A DNA stretch of 63,745 nucleotides, counting the filler, from Octopus bimaculoides (Eukaryota): the NCBI RefSeq assembly GCF_001194135.2. It is 6 parts of 6 records of this genome, joined end to end, with 100 filler letters (N's around TTAATTAATTAA, not from the genome) between each part and the next. Parts side by side here need not be neighbours in the genome. Positions count along the whole stretch, not along the records: positions 1 to 14,074 come from NC_068992.1; positions 14,175 to 31,539 come from NC_068996.1; positions 31,640 to 40,644 come from NC_068981.1; 3 more parts are not named here. One strand, 5' to 3'. Of this stretch, positions 12,789 to 33,809 are shown piece after piece. Position 1 is the first letter of the stretch. Each line of letters starts with the position of its first letter. Both the position numbers and the translations under genes were made by a program. The notes under the pieces were generated by a model. That model worked only from the letters and a program-made list of their open reading frames with translations. It was not told the DNA's origin and searched no databases.

Positions 12789-13884
12789 NNNNNNNNNNNN
12801 NNNNNNNNNNNNNNNNNNNNNNNNNNNNNNNNNNNNNNNNNNNNNNNNNNNNNNNNNNNNNNNNNNNNNNNNNNNNNNNNNNNNNNNNNNNNNNNNNNNN
12901 NNNNNNNNNNNNNNNNNNNNNNNNNNNNNNNNNNNNNNNNNNNNNNNNNNNNNNNNNNNNNNNNNNNNNNNNNNNNNNNNNNNNNNNNNNNNNNNNNNNN
13001 NNNNNNNNNNNNNNNNNNNNNNNNNNNNNNNNNNNNNNNNNNNNNNNNNNNNNNNNNNNNNNNNNNNNNNNNNNNNNNNNNNNNNNNNNNNNNNNNNNNN
13101 NNNNNNNNNNNNNNNNNNNNNNNNNNNNNNNNNNNNNNNNNNNNNNNNNNNNNNNNNNNNNNNNNNNNNNNNNNNNNNNNNNNNNNNNNNNNNNNNNNNN
13201 NNNNNNNNNNNNNNNNNNNNNNNNNNNNNNNNNNNNNNNNNNNNNNNNNNNNNNNNNNNNNNNNNNNNNNNNNNNNNNNNNNNNNNNNNNNNNNNNNNNN
13301 NNNNNNNNNNNNNNNNNNNNNNNNNNNNNNNNNNNNNNNNNNNNNNNNNNNNNNNNNNNNNNNNNNNNTATATATATTTAACAATATTTCTGTTGTTAAT
13401 CTTTTTTTTTTTTACATGTGAATATCCATAAATCCCCACATGTGTGAGTGGCACATTGTGAATCATTTGCACATAAAATACAACTTTTCCCTTTGCACTG
13501 TCCTTTCCATTGAGCAATGTACACACACACAAACACATATACACTCACACACACACACACGCATACACACACGCATACACACACACATACACACACACAC
13601 TCACTCACGCATGCATGCATGTGAAGCTGTCTCCAACTGGACAGGAGATCAACTCAGTTGGAGGTGATCATAGTTCTGCTGGCTGTATGGTGACCTCACC
13701 TCAGTTACAGATATGTGTGTGTATAAATGTATATGTATAAATATATATGTATATATATATGTGAGTGTGAGTGTGTGTGTGTGTATGTGTGTGCGTGTGT
13801 GTGTGTGTGTGTTTGTGTGTGTTGGACCACTGAAATCTACAAGTTTTTTTCATTTTCTCTCTGTTTATTTTCTCATAAATATAT

Positions 13885-14314
13885 CATCATCATCATCATC
13901 GTTTAACGTCCGCTTTTCATGCTAGCATGGGTTGGACGATTTGACTGAGGACTGGTGAAACCGGATGGCAACACCAGGCTCCAGTCTGATTTGGCAGAGT
14001 TTCTACAGCTGGATGCCCTTCCTAACGCCAACCACTCAGAGAGTGTAGTGGGTGCTTTTACGTGTCACCCGCACNNNNNNNNNNNNNNNNNNNNNNNNNN
14101 NNNNNNNNNNNNNNNNNNTTAATTAATTAANNNNNNNNNNNNNNNNNNNNNNNNNNNNNNNNNNNNNNNNNNNNCGCCAACAACCCCTGCCGGAACCTCG
14201 TGAAGCACTAGGTGTTTTCGCTCAATAAATACTCACAACGCCCGGTCTGGGAATCGAAACCACGATCCTATGACCGCGAGTCCGCTGCCCTAACGACTGG
14301 GCCATTGCGCCTCC
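13885..14314 (-). mobile_element. SINE family B spanning a gap, including its tRNA-derived head
   Basis: The minus strand from 14314 reads ggaggcgcaatggcccagtcgttagggcagcggactcgcggtcataggatcgtggtttcgattccc (A/B-box-like). Body and (GAT)n tail lie at 13885-14074. Linkage across the 100-bp placeholder gap is inferred. Confidence 0.75.
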
Positions 14315-14334
14315 TATTAAAATATGACATATAG

Positions 14335-14375
<41 letters not shown>

Positions 14376-14455
14376 AAGGGAGAAACAGAGAGAGGGGGAG
14401 AGGAAGAGAAAGAGGAAGAGAGAAGGGAAGATGAAGAGAGAGAAACAGAGAGAGG

Positions 14456-14501
<46 letters not shown>

Positions 14502-15112
14502 CAGATAGATAGATGGATAGATAGATGGATAGATAGAGATACTGCAGCTCTAGATACACAATGTCAGGATGAATGAAAACACCACATGATCATGTCTGCT
14601 GTGTCGAAACAGACTTGTGGCTAAGCAACAACCCCAGTTTTATGTCATTGTTTTAAGCACATCACGATATGGTGATATTGCGTAAATGATAGTTGATTTA
14701 ATAAAGATTTCTTTCTTAGATCCTCACTATTTTTTCATATTTCCCTGCTTAATTTTTTAGTTTTTATTGTCGTCTTTTTGTCATTACTTTTTCTCTCCAC
14801 CTTCTATTTTCTTCGTTCAATTTGTTCTTCATTGACAGTACAAAGACTGTATAAGATGCTCAATCTATCATCCTGAAAACATTCATCAACATTGTACCAA
14901 TCTACTCAGACTCTGAAGTTAAAAGAGTTGACTACGTAACTTTTTCTCATATTCTTTGCACCTTATTCTCTTCTACTCGCTTTCTTCTATATCCTCTCTC
15001 TCAACCTCCCTTTATTTATATCACACTCGTTGTCCTTCACGATTTCTTTATTCAGGAGCTTTCACTTTGCACTCTCTTTTATCTATCTTCCTTTAAAATA
15101 TTTACTCCATTT

Positions 15113-15250
15113 TCCTTCCACTGTTCCTATTACTCTCATTCTATTTCTCTCTTTTCTTCCTTCCACTGTTCCTATTACTCTCATTCTATTTCTCTCTTTT
15201 CTTCTTTCCACTGTTCCTATTACTCTCATTCTATTTATCTCTTTTCTTCT
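15113..15250. repeat. 45-bp pyrimidine-rich tandem repeat, three copies
   Basis: ttccttccactgttcctattactctcattctatttctctcttttc repeated three times. Confidence 0.9.
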
Positions 15251-17596
15251 CGTCTTCCTTTCTTCATCTCTTTCTATTCCGTCTTTCTCTTTCTCTCTTT
15301 CATTCACACCCACACACATAAATTTAGAGGAATTTCACATTTCTTTTATTTTATTTTCCTTAATCTCGTTACTCATCCCATTCTCTCCAGTACATTATGT
15401 ATCTCAGTGTTTTCTTCTCTAACTAATGCTATGTGCTTTCATACCGAACCTCTATTTACAATATCCCCGTCTTCGTTATAATTACCTCATATATTTTTTT
15501 GTCTTTTTCAAATCTCTTTCCCTCTCTATTCTCTCTTCCACATACCCCACTCACACCCTCTTCTACTTTCTCTTACTTTATTTCTCTTTTTTCTCCCATC
15601 CCTCTCCACCTTGGTTCTAGTTTTTATTAACCCTTCCTACACTTTCTTCCAGTCAACCCATCTCTCTATCTCAAGCTCTTTCTCAATAGCAAAACTCCCT
15701 TTAAAAACCACAACTCCATTCTCCCTCTTGCTCTTTCTCTTTTACCTCTCTGTCAACGATTTTGGCCATTCAACCACATTTTCCACTATTTCACACGATA
15801 CGCTTTTTCCGTGAATTTCTTCTGCATTTTGGTCTCTTTCTTTATTTTTATTCTACATCATTGTCATCACTGTCACTATCCCCCCACCACTATCACTATT
15901 GCCATCACCACTACCAACACCACCAACACCCCAACACCACCAACAACATCTTCTTCCTCTTCCTCCTCGTCATCATCATCCTCACCCTCACATCGGTCAC
16001 CTTCTCTTTCTTTTTTCTTCTTTTTTCCTCTGTTTGTCTTGTTATGTGCTTAAGTGAGTGAACCTTTCATTCAGCTCTCCGTGAAAATGTAATATTTTAA
16101 TCCCGATGTAAAAGATTTTGTTTTATATTTACTCAGTTTTACTAACCGAAAAAGTATCTTTCAAGCAATTTGAAAGTACACTCCATATTTGTGAGTAGAT
16201 TAAAATGTTTTTATCTTTAGACGCTATTTTTGTCATTTGTACTGCTATTCCAGATTCGAAATGATCTGAGAATTAGCAGGAAGAGCACCCGCCTTAGAGG
16301 AAGCAGTAGCCTGAATACAGAAAACAAATGTTCCCTCATATTATTTTCAAAATATCAGAATTAAAATCATTATAAACAATGAAAATAAAAATCAAACAAA
16401 CAGAACTTCGAAACTTGTGACAGTACACTGGAGAACATAAAACAATAATGTTGGAAACAATAATTTGACAGGAAGAAAGCAGAACTCACAGCAACGACAG
16501 CATCACGATTCTGTTTTGCAAACGTTGTAAGTCAAACACAGCGACTTGACTTGAACCAACTCAAGGAAAAGTTGTAGGAATGGATGAGGTATAACTTAAA
16601 TGACAATGCCCCTTTGCCGGACTCATTTATCCAAAGCAGGACGATGAGAAAAATGGCATATCTCTGTTTTTCAAACATGAATAAGAGAAAGCTCTGGCTG
16701 ATGTGCGGTAGTATGAACGGAACTGTGTAATTAGTTTTGAAGACTGAAAATTATCCGAGGAAACAGACAGGCGTAGTAAGCCAGCAGTTCATGCGACATA
16801 AGTAAGTCTCAGTTATACGATGATCTCAGCTAGAGGTGTTACTACCAACGATGGCTCTTGGCTTATCGTTACGCCTGCACAACAGTGGAGACATTCGGTG
16901 ATCACAGAGGGGATCACAATTAATATACGGTTAGAAGAGGCCTGTACGAACCCCCGGATACTGACGTCTGATAACCACCAAGTTATCTAGGTGCCTTACA
17001 TTGTTACCTATTACGGGAACGAATATGAATTCAATCAGTTTGGTGGAGCAGTTTGAAGGCCTCGTCAGCATGTGTGATTCTAAACAAACTTCAGACTTTC
17101 TGCTCAAAAGAACAAGAAAAACAAATGAAGAAAAGAATGACAGAAATTTTAGAAATAACATCAACAAACCATAAATCGACAAGTGCTGTTGTTTTCAGAC
17201 ATCAGTTTTAGCTCCGAGCATAACCAGCTCAGAGTCCGACAACAATCGAAATGTTGCGTGAATACATTAACTTAACTTTTCATTTCTTAAATGATCTGAA
17301 TTTAGATTATGTTTTTGCCTTCACCCATCCCCACTCAAATATATATACAAGCGTGTATGTGCATATGTGTATGCATACATATATATGCATGCATAAACGT
17401 ATGCATACATATGTATGATTTATTTGTATGCATGTATTCAGAGAGAGAGAGACACACACCCACTACATTTCTATACCTTACTTTTGTACGACATATTTTG
17501 ATGAACCCTAAAGGAAACAGGTATCAAAATAATGATGATGACGATGATGATGATGATGGTGATGATGATGGTGATGATGGTGATAATCATAATAAT

Positions 17597-17825
17597 AATT
17601 CTTTCTACTATAGGAACAAAGCCTGGAATTTGGCGGAGGAGTCTAGTCGATTACATCGACTCCAGTGCGTAACTGGTACTTAATTTATCGACCCCGAAAG
17701 GATGGAAGGCAAAGTCGACCCCAGTGGAATTTGAACTCAGAACGTAGCAGCATAGGAAATGCCGTTAAGCATTTCACTAATCATTCAGCACTTGGCATGC
17801 TAACGATTCTACCAGCTCGCCGCCT
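17597..17825 (-). mobile_element. SINE family A
   Basis: Near full-length reverse copy, with the tail ctataggaacaaagcctggaattt. Confidence 0.85.
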
Positions 17826-17827
17826 AG

Positions 17828-18190
<363 letters not shown>

Positions 18191-18420
18191 GCCATTTTAT
18201 TTGTTTCGTTATTGATTCTATTTGAATGAAATCTCTAAAATTACTGTTACCGCCCCGTCATTGCCCTACACCTCACATACACCTACTAAACTCCCACCAG
18301 CACATCACCAGCACCTCACCACCAGCCCACTACCATTACCACCCGCTAATATTTGTCACCCGAAAATTTTTGTATTCTTTTACTTTTTATATATTTAATT
18401 TATTCTTTATTGTGTGTGTA

Positions 18421-18488
<68 letters not shown>

Positions 18489-18549
18489 TGTCTGTCTGTT
18501 CTTGTATGTTTGCTATGTATTTGCGCGTTAGCTCTTTGTTTGTTGCTTT

Positions 18550-19105
18550 ATTTTTAAGCCAATTACAAACAGGAAGAATGTGGGCAGCATTTGCATGTTT
18601 ACACAAATTGACTTTGTGGTTTTTACCAAGTTGTACATCTCTTAAGCAGGTCTTAGAACTCTGCCGCTACTTGGCCATCAAGTTCATTAACAAGAAGCAC
18701 TTACACTCCTTTTCTATTTTCGTGTCGACTCGAGTCGAGTGGATAGCAAGCTGTCTGCTGTCGTCGCCCTGCACATTCAAATGTTGGCATTGAGAAGAAA
18801 GCAAACGTATTAAGACGATATGAATATTAAAGCAGGAATTGGATAGAAACTGACTTGGAGTACAATTCCAATATTTGACCGCGACACGAGCAAAATTGTT
18901 CTTTTGAACCCCGGCAAACAAATCGCACCTGTTCTCGAGAAGGTTGTGCGTTTGCTAAAATAATGGCGTCGTTTGTTCAAGTAATTTAAGATTGTCCTTA
19001 TAATGCTCAGGGACAGTAGAAGGATTTCCGTCGGAGATAACACCGTTGCGCGCTTTAGATTGCTCGGATGATGCTGAGCAAACAAATCGACCGGCCTTTT
19101 TTTAT
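18550..19105. promoter_or_regulatory. CpG-retaining unique island with clustered TF-like motifs (putative promoter, enhancer or first exon)
   Basis: CCAAT 18559, CAGGAAG 18570, octamer ATTTGCAT 18589, TGTTTAC 18596, YY1-like AATGGCG 18962, and a minus-strand GTAAGT donor at 18699-18704. Non-repetitive. Function is inferred only. Confidence 0.35.
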
Positions 19106-19505
19106 ATTTTATTTTATTTTGCTATTTACTTATTCACAGATCTGTTAGGCTTTGCTGATTACATCCAGGGGCTTAGGTTGATGTAAGATACTTGTCAGCA
19201 ACTGATCCCATCTGTCTGACAATAAACCCAGAAACGTATTGTGTTCACCCAACTCGACATATGCGCTAGCATGTTCAAGGGGAAAGTACAATAAATAAAT
19301 GGTGGAACGAAGAAAATAGCTACTCAAATGTCGACTTCAAATGTGTACACAGAGAACTATGCACATACACATATCAATGCGCGTGAATGTATTGTCTGTC
19401 TTTGTGCGTGTGTGTGTGTGTGTATGTATATACATATAATTGTACGCTATTATATGCAAGTGTATTTATTTTTGAGTGCACATATGCATATGAATATAGG
19501 TACGG

Positions 19506-19573
<68 letters not shown>

Positions 19574-20589
19574 CAAATTAACTTAAGTGAACACACACAT
19601 ATATGATTGTATTTCTTGGCATATAAATGTTAATATGTATGTTCATTAAATCTATCTATCGATGCAAATGCATGTATTTATAACTTGCTGCATATTTATC
19701 TCAAGATATAATGGTTTATAATTAGATATTTCGTAATTCCAAGGCTAATATATTGGTATGTANNNNNNNNNNNNNNNNNNNNNNNNNNNNNNNNNNNNNN
19801 NNNNNNNNNNNNNNNNNNNNNNNNNNNNNNNNNNNNNNNNNNNNNNNNNNNNNNNNNNNNNNNNNNNNNNNNNNNNNNNNNNNNNNNNNNNNNNNNNNNN
19901 NNNNNNNNNNNNNNNNNNNNNNNNNNNNNNNNNNNNNNNNTATATATACATATATATATCTTTTTGCATCTAGTAGTTTAATAGTTTTAATATCAAAGGC
20001 ACTCTGTACTGCAGAAAATAAATATTAATTGTATATTAATGTGGAGTACATTTGTCGGTAGGAAAAGAAGGATCAACCAAATTAGATCGAATTCTTTGTT
20101 GGTATTCGAAGTATATTTGAGCTAGAATACCAAGATGGGGCATTACTTATAAACCTAATATAACTAAGTAAAGTAGATTGATCGATTTGCATATTACAAA
20201 AAAAAGAAGCATATTTGGCATCATGTTCGATAAAAAAAAAAACTTATGTAATATATATCAATAGATATACTCAGTAGCTAATGAAACCTCAACACAGGAC
20301 TGAAGCTAGTCCGGTTGATGATCCCGCCCCAGAAAACAAAGATACTGAATATTGTGCGAGTTTATATTTATCTATACATCTTAGAATGATCGCTAAAATT
20401 CACAGATGTACTTTTAAAACATGTCTAATTTTTAAAAACAAGGACACTGGACAGTAAGAAAATAAGGAAAAACGTGGAAAAAACGTGAAAAATGTTGGTG
20501 AAAAAGTGGAACGAGAAGAAAGAAACGAAATCAAAAATTATGATCCTAGTTCTCCCTGATTGCAGAAAGCTCATTAAATACAACTGGTT

Positions 20590-21235
20590 TAGAAAAAAAC
20601 ATTGCAGAAAATATGTCTAAGTCTGTGAGACAGCAATTCAGTCCCGAGCGGGTGGTGTATATATGTAAACTTCTGCAGTCCTACTAACATGCAGACTGAA
20701 CTGAGAAAAGTTTCCTGAGAGGACCAATGTATCCATTTTTGCAACAATTAATTATTTCTCAATCTTACCTTACTCGACAGCGAACTAATTCAGTGGGAGA
20801 TAACCTTTTGATGAACCATGTAACACTAGGTCGTCTGCAAGTATCAGCTGATCGATCCTACACTCGACGATTCTGATATTACTTCCACAACGGTTGCGCA
20901 TGTCAATCCAGTTCATAAAAGTTATGAAAAGAAGAGTTGAAAATACGCATCCATGTCAAAGTCCAACACTCACGTTGAAAGATTTTGAGTTCGCAGCAGT
21001 TACTTGAACACAGACATTTAGGTATTCATACAGGGACTCACGACAATCAAAGTTTGCCCATTAAACTCAACCTTCTGTAAAACCCTCGACAGAATGTTCC
21101 ACGGTACGCAGTCATTTGCCTTTTCGAGGCCGACAAAGCAAGTATACACCTTTTGGCAATAATTCTTCGACTTCTCGAAAATCTGTCATAAAGTGAATCT
21201 CTGGTATGTTGTACTGCGTCAGAGTGGAAGTCATA
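20590..21235 (-). pseudogene. RTE-clade LINE reverse transcriptase fragment
   Basis: Minus frames give STTYQRFTL*QIFEKS...VYTCFVGLEKANDCVPW and VGL*HGCVFSTLLFITFMNWID...CRIDQLILADDLVL, corresponding to the RT motifs FVDLEKAYDRVP, GLRQGC.LSPLLF and LFADD. Frameshifts and stops present. Confidence 0.9.
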
Positions 21236-21282
21236 CTGTTCTTCAGCTAGCTTGAGCTAACCTTCTTGTGTATGTGTATATA

Positions 21283-21322
<40 letters not shown>

Positions 21323-21374
21323 TAAACACACGAGACACATACATCTAATTTTTCCTAACAGGCAACCTAACGCA

Positions 21375-21425
21375 ATGTGATTGGCTGTTTCACTACGGCC
21401 GCGGTATAATCTGCTATAAATGGGC
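21375..21425 (+). promoter_or_regulatory. Core-promoter-like motif pair (reverse CCAAT plus TATAAA)
   Basis: ATTGG at 21380, GC-rich cggccgcgg, and TATAAA at 21415. No downstream gene identified. Confidence 0.25.
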
Positions 21426-22184
21426 CAAAAGTGCACAGAAAGACATTTCAAACAAAACATGTCCAACGAATGTGGGTAGGATTGAAATCCTGCAGGGCTC
21501 TTAATAAACCAACAAAAGAAACACTGCTGGAATTTTTTTCATGTTCTTGTTTGAAGATGTTTGTGCTAAAATAAAATAAAAAATTACAAAAAACAGGAAC
21601 TATTATCTTCAGTAAGAATTTCGAAGCAAAATATTACATATGTCAACATAGGAGAATATACTTTTAAGAGATATGACTACGCAAATCGTACTAGTGGCCG
21701 AAGGGAGCGACACTCAAAGTATCGACAGAAGTGATTGCCTTCAGATTTGATACATTGGAATTGGGGGTAATGAAAAAGAAAAGAAACAGAAAGCATTATT
21801 AGGTAGAGTATATAGTATAACAGTTAATAGGGTTAGAAAAATATGCAGAAGATGAGTTTATATAAAAATTTCAATAAATTTGAATCATTAATGAGCGAGA
21901 TTCGAAAGCTTTTCAGTCTGTGAGTAGCTTCAAATACTGTAGATACTACTTTCTCTTGTAAAGTTCCAGAGAATGATTTGCTAGTGTAGGACGTTGGTAG
22001 TCACAAAATAAGCTATTTTGGATCAGAGGTGAGCAGGTTTAATACAGTTAAGCAAGAAATAGCACAACTCCAACACGGCAGCTTATTAAAGTACTAACGG
22101 GAAGTGGGTGAGTGATTAACGAACTCTATTGGTGCTGGATGTGAAACTATTGCCATTTTGGTGATGGTAATAATAGTATCGGTT

Positions 22185-22398
22185 AAGGCGGCGAGCTGAT
22201 AGAAACGTTAGCACGCCGAGCTAAATGCTTAGCGGTATTTCGTCTGTCTTTGTGTTCTGAGCTCAAATTCTGCCGAGGTCGACTTTGCCTTTCATCTTTT
22301 CGGGGTCGATAAATTAAGTACCAGTTGCGTACTGGGGTCGATCTAATCGTCTGTCCCCTCCCCCAAAATTTCGGGCCTTGTGCCTAGAGTAGAAAAGA
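22185..22398 (+). mobile_element. SINE family A, full length, with ~14-bp TSD
   Basis: ggcggcgagctg...gcctttcatcttttcggggtcgataaattaagtaccag...gtgcctagagtagaaaag. Flanks are ataatagtatcggt (22170-22183) and ataatggtatcggt (22399-22412). Confidence 0.9.
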
Positions 22399-22779
22399 AT
22401 AATGGTATCGGTAATGATAGTGTGGTGGTATTAGTAGGTACATATGGCACACATATCATATGTAGCAGTCAATATATTCAAAAGAGCTACAATATGCATG
22501 TGCTGTGTGTGAGAAAGGGACTCTGTGTGTGAGTGTGTATCTCTGTGTGTGTATAGATATGCATGTATACATACATGCATGCACTCACATGTGCATTGAT
22601 GTGCGCCCGCGCGCACACACACGCATTGATGTACACTGGTGTGTTTATAGTGGTACTGACTATTTGTGCTGGTGGTGCATGTGTGTGTAGTAATGAAGGT
22701 GGTTAGTGATAAGGTAGTGGTGGTGACATTCTTCATCACTGAGTATTGTTAATAACTTTGCTGATCATAATGATGTATG

Positions 22780-30130
<7,351 letters not shown>

Positions 30131-30799
30131 AGTGATATTTCTCATGTTGCTGCTATTGGAGTACCACAGCGGTAGACTGTTGTAGTTATTATCGATGAAA
30201 TTGATGTTGGTAGGGTCGATTATTTTGTTGTTTGGTCCCAGTAGACCTGTCATAGAAGGTGTTAAGGCCATGACTACTTCATCTTTATGGAAGTATATCT
30301 AAGACTACGTTATGCGAAGTAGCATTTCCTTCCTTAAGATTGATTTGTGAGAGATTTGGCTGTTATTTCTAATAAGCTAAGAAACCACGTAGATTTCCTT
30401 TCCTGAATGGTTGGCGATTTAGTTGCGTTCGTGAGTGTTTTCGCGTTAATTTTAATGTTGGTGGTGTCGGTGGTTCTGTTAATGACGTTACTAGAAATGT
30501 TAGAATTACTGGTGGTTATATTAATATTTAAGCTAATACTGCTTTGCGTTGGGAATGTTATAATAGTGATATTATTTACTCTCAGGTCAATAAAATCCTG
30601 GAGACCTGATGAACAATGTTCCGTTATGAGGTCGTGATGTTGCTTTCGGACGTAGTCTATCTAGAACTACATTATCTTTTTTAATTCTTTGTTTTAATGG
30701 TTGAGTGAAATTTAAGAGTTATCTTGATGCTTTTTTTCTTATTTGTAATGATAATAATGGTTCCTAATTTAGGTAAACGCCAGCAATTTTGAAAATAGG

Positions 30800-31130
30800 C
30801 ATTTGTCAATTACATCGATCTAGTATATTGATAGCGTATTTTATCGGTCCCAGACGAATCAAAATTAAAATACCTCAGCAGAATTTGAACTCAGGATGCA
30901 AAAAGCTAGAAAAAATTACAGAAGCCATTTTAATGCGATGCTCAAAGGATTCTATTATTCCACTGACAATAATAAGAACTGAACGATAACATCAACAACC
31001 CCAATAAGACTTGTGGCTTCTGATTTAAGCACAAGGCCAACAATTTGGAGAATTGGAGATAAATTTATGTCATCGATTCCAGTATTTGACTAGTATTTCT
31101 ATTTCATTGATCCCGAAATTTGAATTCAGA
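30800..31130 (-). mobile_element. Degraded SINE family A fragments
   Basis: gaatttgaactcagg and gcacaaggccaacaatttgg...atcgattccagtatttgactagta resemble family A. Confidence 0.55.
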
Positions 31131-31305
31131 AAGAAAATTACCGTGAGATATTTTAAGTCCGGCAGCTATTCTATTCAAAAGCGACTGATATAAGTTACAA
31201 GTTCGTAAACGAGCCAGCATGGTTGTCAAGCGATACGAAGACAAACATAAGGACGAGCAAATACATACATACGTACACACATACTTACATTTATATATAT
31301 ATATA

Positions 31306-31396
31306 CTAGAAGAAATACCCGGCGTTGCCCGGGTTAAAGAGAATAATGAAATCTAAAAACGCCGTCTAGACTACGCATCATCTTTATATATATAGA
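31306..31396 (-). mobile_element. Miniature non-autonomous Helitron (91 bp, both termini present)
   Basis: The minus strand reads A|TCTATATATATAAAG...ACCCGGGCAACGCCGGGT-ATTTCTT-CTAG|T: 5' TC, subterminal GC hairpin, 3' CTAG, and insertion between A and T. Confidence 0.85.
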
Positions 31397-31979
31397 TGTA
31401 TATACACACACGCACCCAAACACACGTATATATATGTATATCAACATAAATATATGAAAGTCAATGAAGTTTCGTAAAAGAAGGTGATCATGTACATACT
31501 TTCTTGCTGTTGTGATTATAACACCTCGTTGTAAACAATNNNNNNNNNNNNNNNNNNNNNNNNNNNNNNNNNNNNNNNNNNNNTTAATTAATTAANNNNN
31601 NNNNNNNNNNNNNNNNNNNNNNNNNNNNNNNNNNNNNNNTATACACATATATATATACACTTTTAGGAATTTGTGTTGCAAGTTTCCTGATGTGAAACCT
31701 TGTGTTGAAACAGATATTGTTTTATTTCGGGATGGTCATTATTATTCTTTATTTTTGCCAAATAAACACACGCACTATACATTCGCTCTTCACTCGTTTA
31801 TCACTGTTCTTACTCTAACGCATGTCCATTGTCCGGAGATCTTTCACCACACATTTTTGAGCTCCTTATAAAACGCCATAGTAGCGTTTTGTCTTAGTAA
31901 CTGATAAGATGCCGGAGCAGACTTGAACCCTGGTATCCGAAACTCTGAGTTTTATTATGACAACTAACTAATTGTCACA

Positions 31980-32022
<43 letters not shown>

Positions 32023-32597
32023 CACACACACACATATATACATATATATATATATATANNNNNNNNNNNNNNNNNNNNNNNNNNNNNNNNNNNNNNNNNN
32101 NNNNNNNNNNNNNNNNNNNNNNNNNNNNNNNNNNNNNNNNNNNNNNNNNNNNNNNNNNNNNNNNNNNNNNNNNNNNNNNNNNNNNNNNNNNNNNNNNNNN
32201 NNNNNNNNNNNNNNNNNNNNNNNNNNNNNNNNNNNNNNNNNNNNNNNNNNNNNNNNNNNNNNNNNNNNNNNNNNNNNNNNNNNNNNNNNNNNNNNNNNNN
32301 NNNNNNNNNNNNNNNNNNNNNNNNNNNNNNNNNNNNNNNNNNNNNNNNNNNNNNNNNNNNNNNNNNNNNNNNNNNNNNNNNNNNNNNNNNNNNNNNNNNN
32401 NNNNNNNNNNNNNNNNNNNNNNNNNNNNNNNNNNNNNNNNNNNNNNNNNNNNNNNNNNNNNNNNNNNNNNNNNNNNNNNNNNNNNNNNNNNNNNNNNNNN
32501 NNNNNNNNNNNNNNNNNNNNNNNNNNNNNNNNNNNNNNNNNNNNNNNNNNNNNNNNNNNNNNNNNNNNNNNNNNNNNNNNNNNNNNNNNNNNNNNNG

Positions 32598-32915
32598 GAC
32601 AAGATACTGCAATAGCCTGGGCTTCAAAGGTCCACAGCTCTTCAATATCCTCGCGAAGGACCTGAGAGACCTGCATGCGGTGGATGTAGGTGTCTTCAAG
32701 ACAAGGCTGGACCTCTTCCTGTCAGGTGTCCCAGATGAACCAACTTCACGGCAGGAGGCGCAGATGAGAGCAGCTGCATCAAACTCTCTCATGCACCAAA
32801 TGTCAATTCCTGAAGTAAAATTCCTGAAGTAAAATTGTGTAGCAACACCAAATGGCGGTGCCCCAGCATGGCCACAGCTCATGAGCTGAAACTAGATAAA
32901 ATGAAATAAAATGAA
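32598..32915 (+). pseudogene. Non-LTR retrotransposon 3' end (CR1/L2-group-like ORF2 terminus and tail)
   Basis: SLGFKGPQLFNILAKDLRDL...FKTRLDLFLSGVPDEPT....RAAASNSLMHQ matches the GP.LFN.LP...FK..LD..L..VPD.P...RAA.SNSL end motif. It ends in an (ATGAAATAAA)-like tail. The 5' part is lost in a gap. Confidence 0.8.
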
Positions 32916-33765
32916 ATATATATATATATACATATATGTATTGTACGTTTCTTCGTTGTCCATATTGATGCCATTGTCCAATTGTTTAACACTAAATGCC
33001 ATACAACAACAATACGAGATAAATTCTTGATTTATTGGAACTTTTTCACTTCAAGAGAAGAAAAGTAGCGATAATTGGAACAGACAGTAAATGAGAAAGG
33101 GGAGATAACCTCAAGATATCAACAATCAATCTCATGATTTTAACATGTGGCAGTATGAGAAAACAAAATACAAACCAATTTGTTACTTTTTGTCTTTCTC
33201 TTTTTCTAGTCTTTTTTTTTTTCTTTTTTCCAGAAACAAGAACCCAGCTGTTAACACGTGTTTCTGCTTCAGTAACAGTACAACTGTCTTCGTCTTTGTT
33301 GCTCAAATTCATACCATTGTCCACACTGAGATATTTCCCTTTGTTTAAATTATGTAAAGTGACCTCAGGTCATTAATGTTCCCTACACTTTTTATATTTG
33401 CCTGAGTTTCATGTCAGGCTGGCGCCAAGTTAAGCCAAAGCCGAGCCGATGACGTCTATTGAAACTGAAACACACACCACAGCTGACTGTCTTTATGTCA
33501 GCTTGGCTCTTTTACTCCCCTTCTTTCTTTGCCTCTCCCTCTCTCTCCCTCTCATCCAGTTGCTCTACCTTCCACTCTCTGTCTCTCACATTTTTCTTCT
33601 TACTTCCCTTTACCCTTTTCATTCTTCCCTTCTCACTCTCTTTCACACACATTACACATGCACATACAAATATACGGACAATATACACACTCATATATCA
33701 CACTATATATATATATACACTATATATATATACACTATATATATATACACTATATATATATACAT

Positions 33766-33804
<39 letters not shown>

Positions 33805-33809
33805 AAAAT

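Noticed and set aside
14119-14130. TTAATTAATTAA islands inside N runs (also 31584, 40689, 55660, 62575)
   Set aside because: Each is centred in an identical 44N+12+44N block and gives stops in all six frames. This is a scaffolding placeholder, not biology.
14240-14314. tRNA-like sequence on the minus strand
   Set aside because: It continues into SINE body sequence and lacks a clean acceptor stem, so it is a SINE head rather than a tRNA gene.
19060-19105. Hairpin plus T-run as a Pol III small RNA (Y or vault-like)
   Set aside because: No complementary 5' strand, and no A/B-box or PSE arrangement found.
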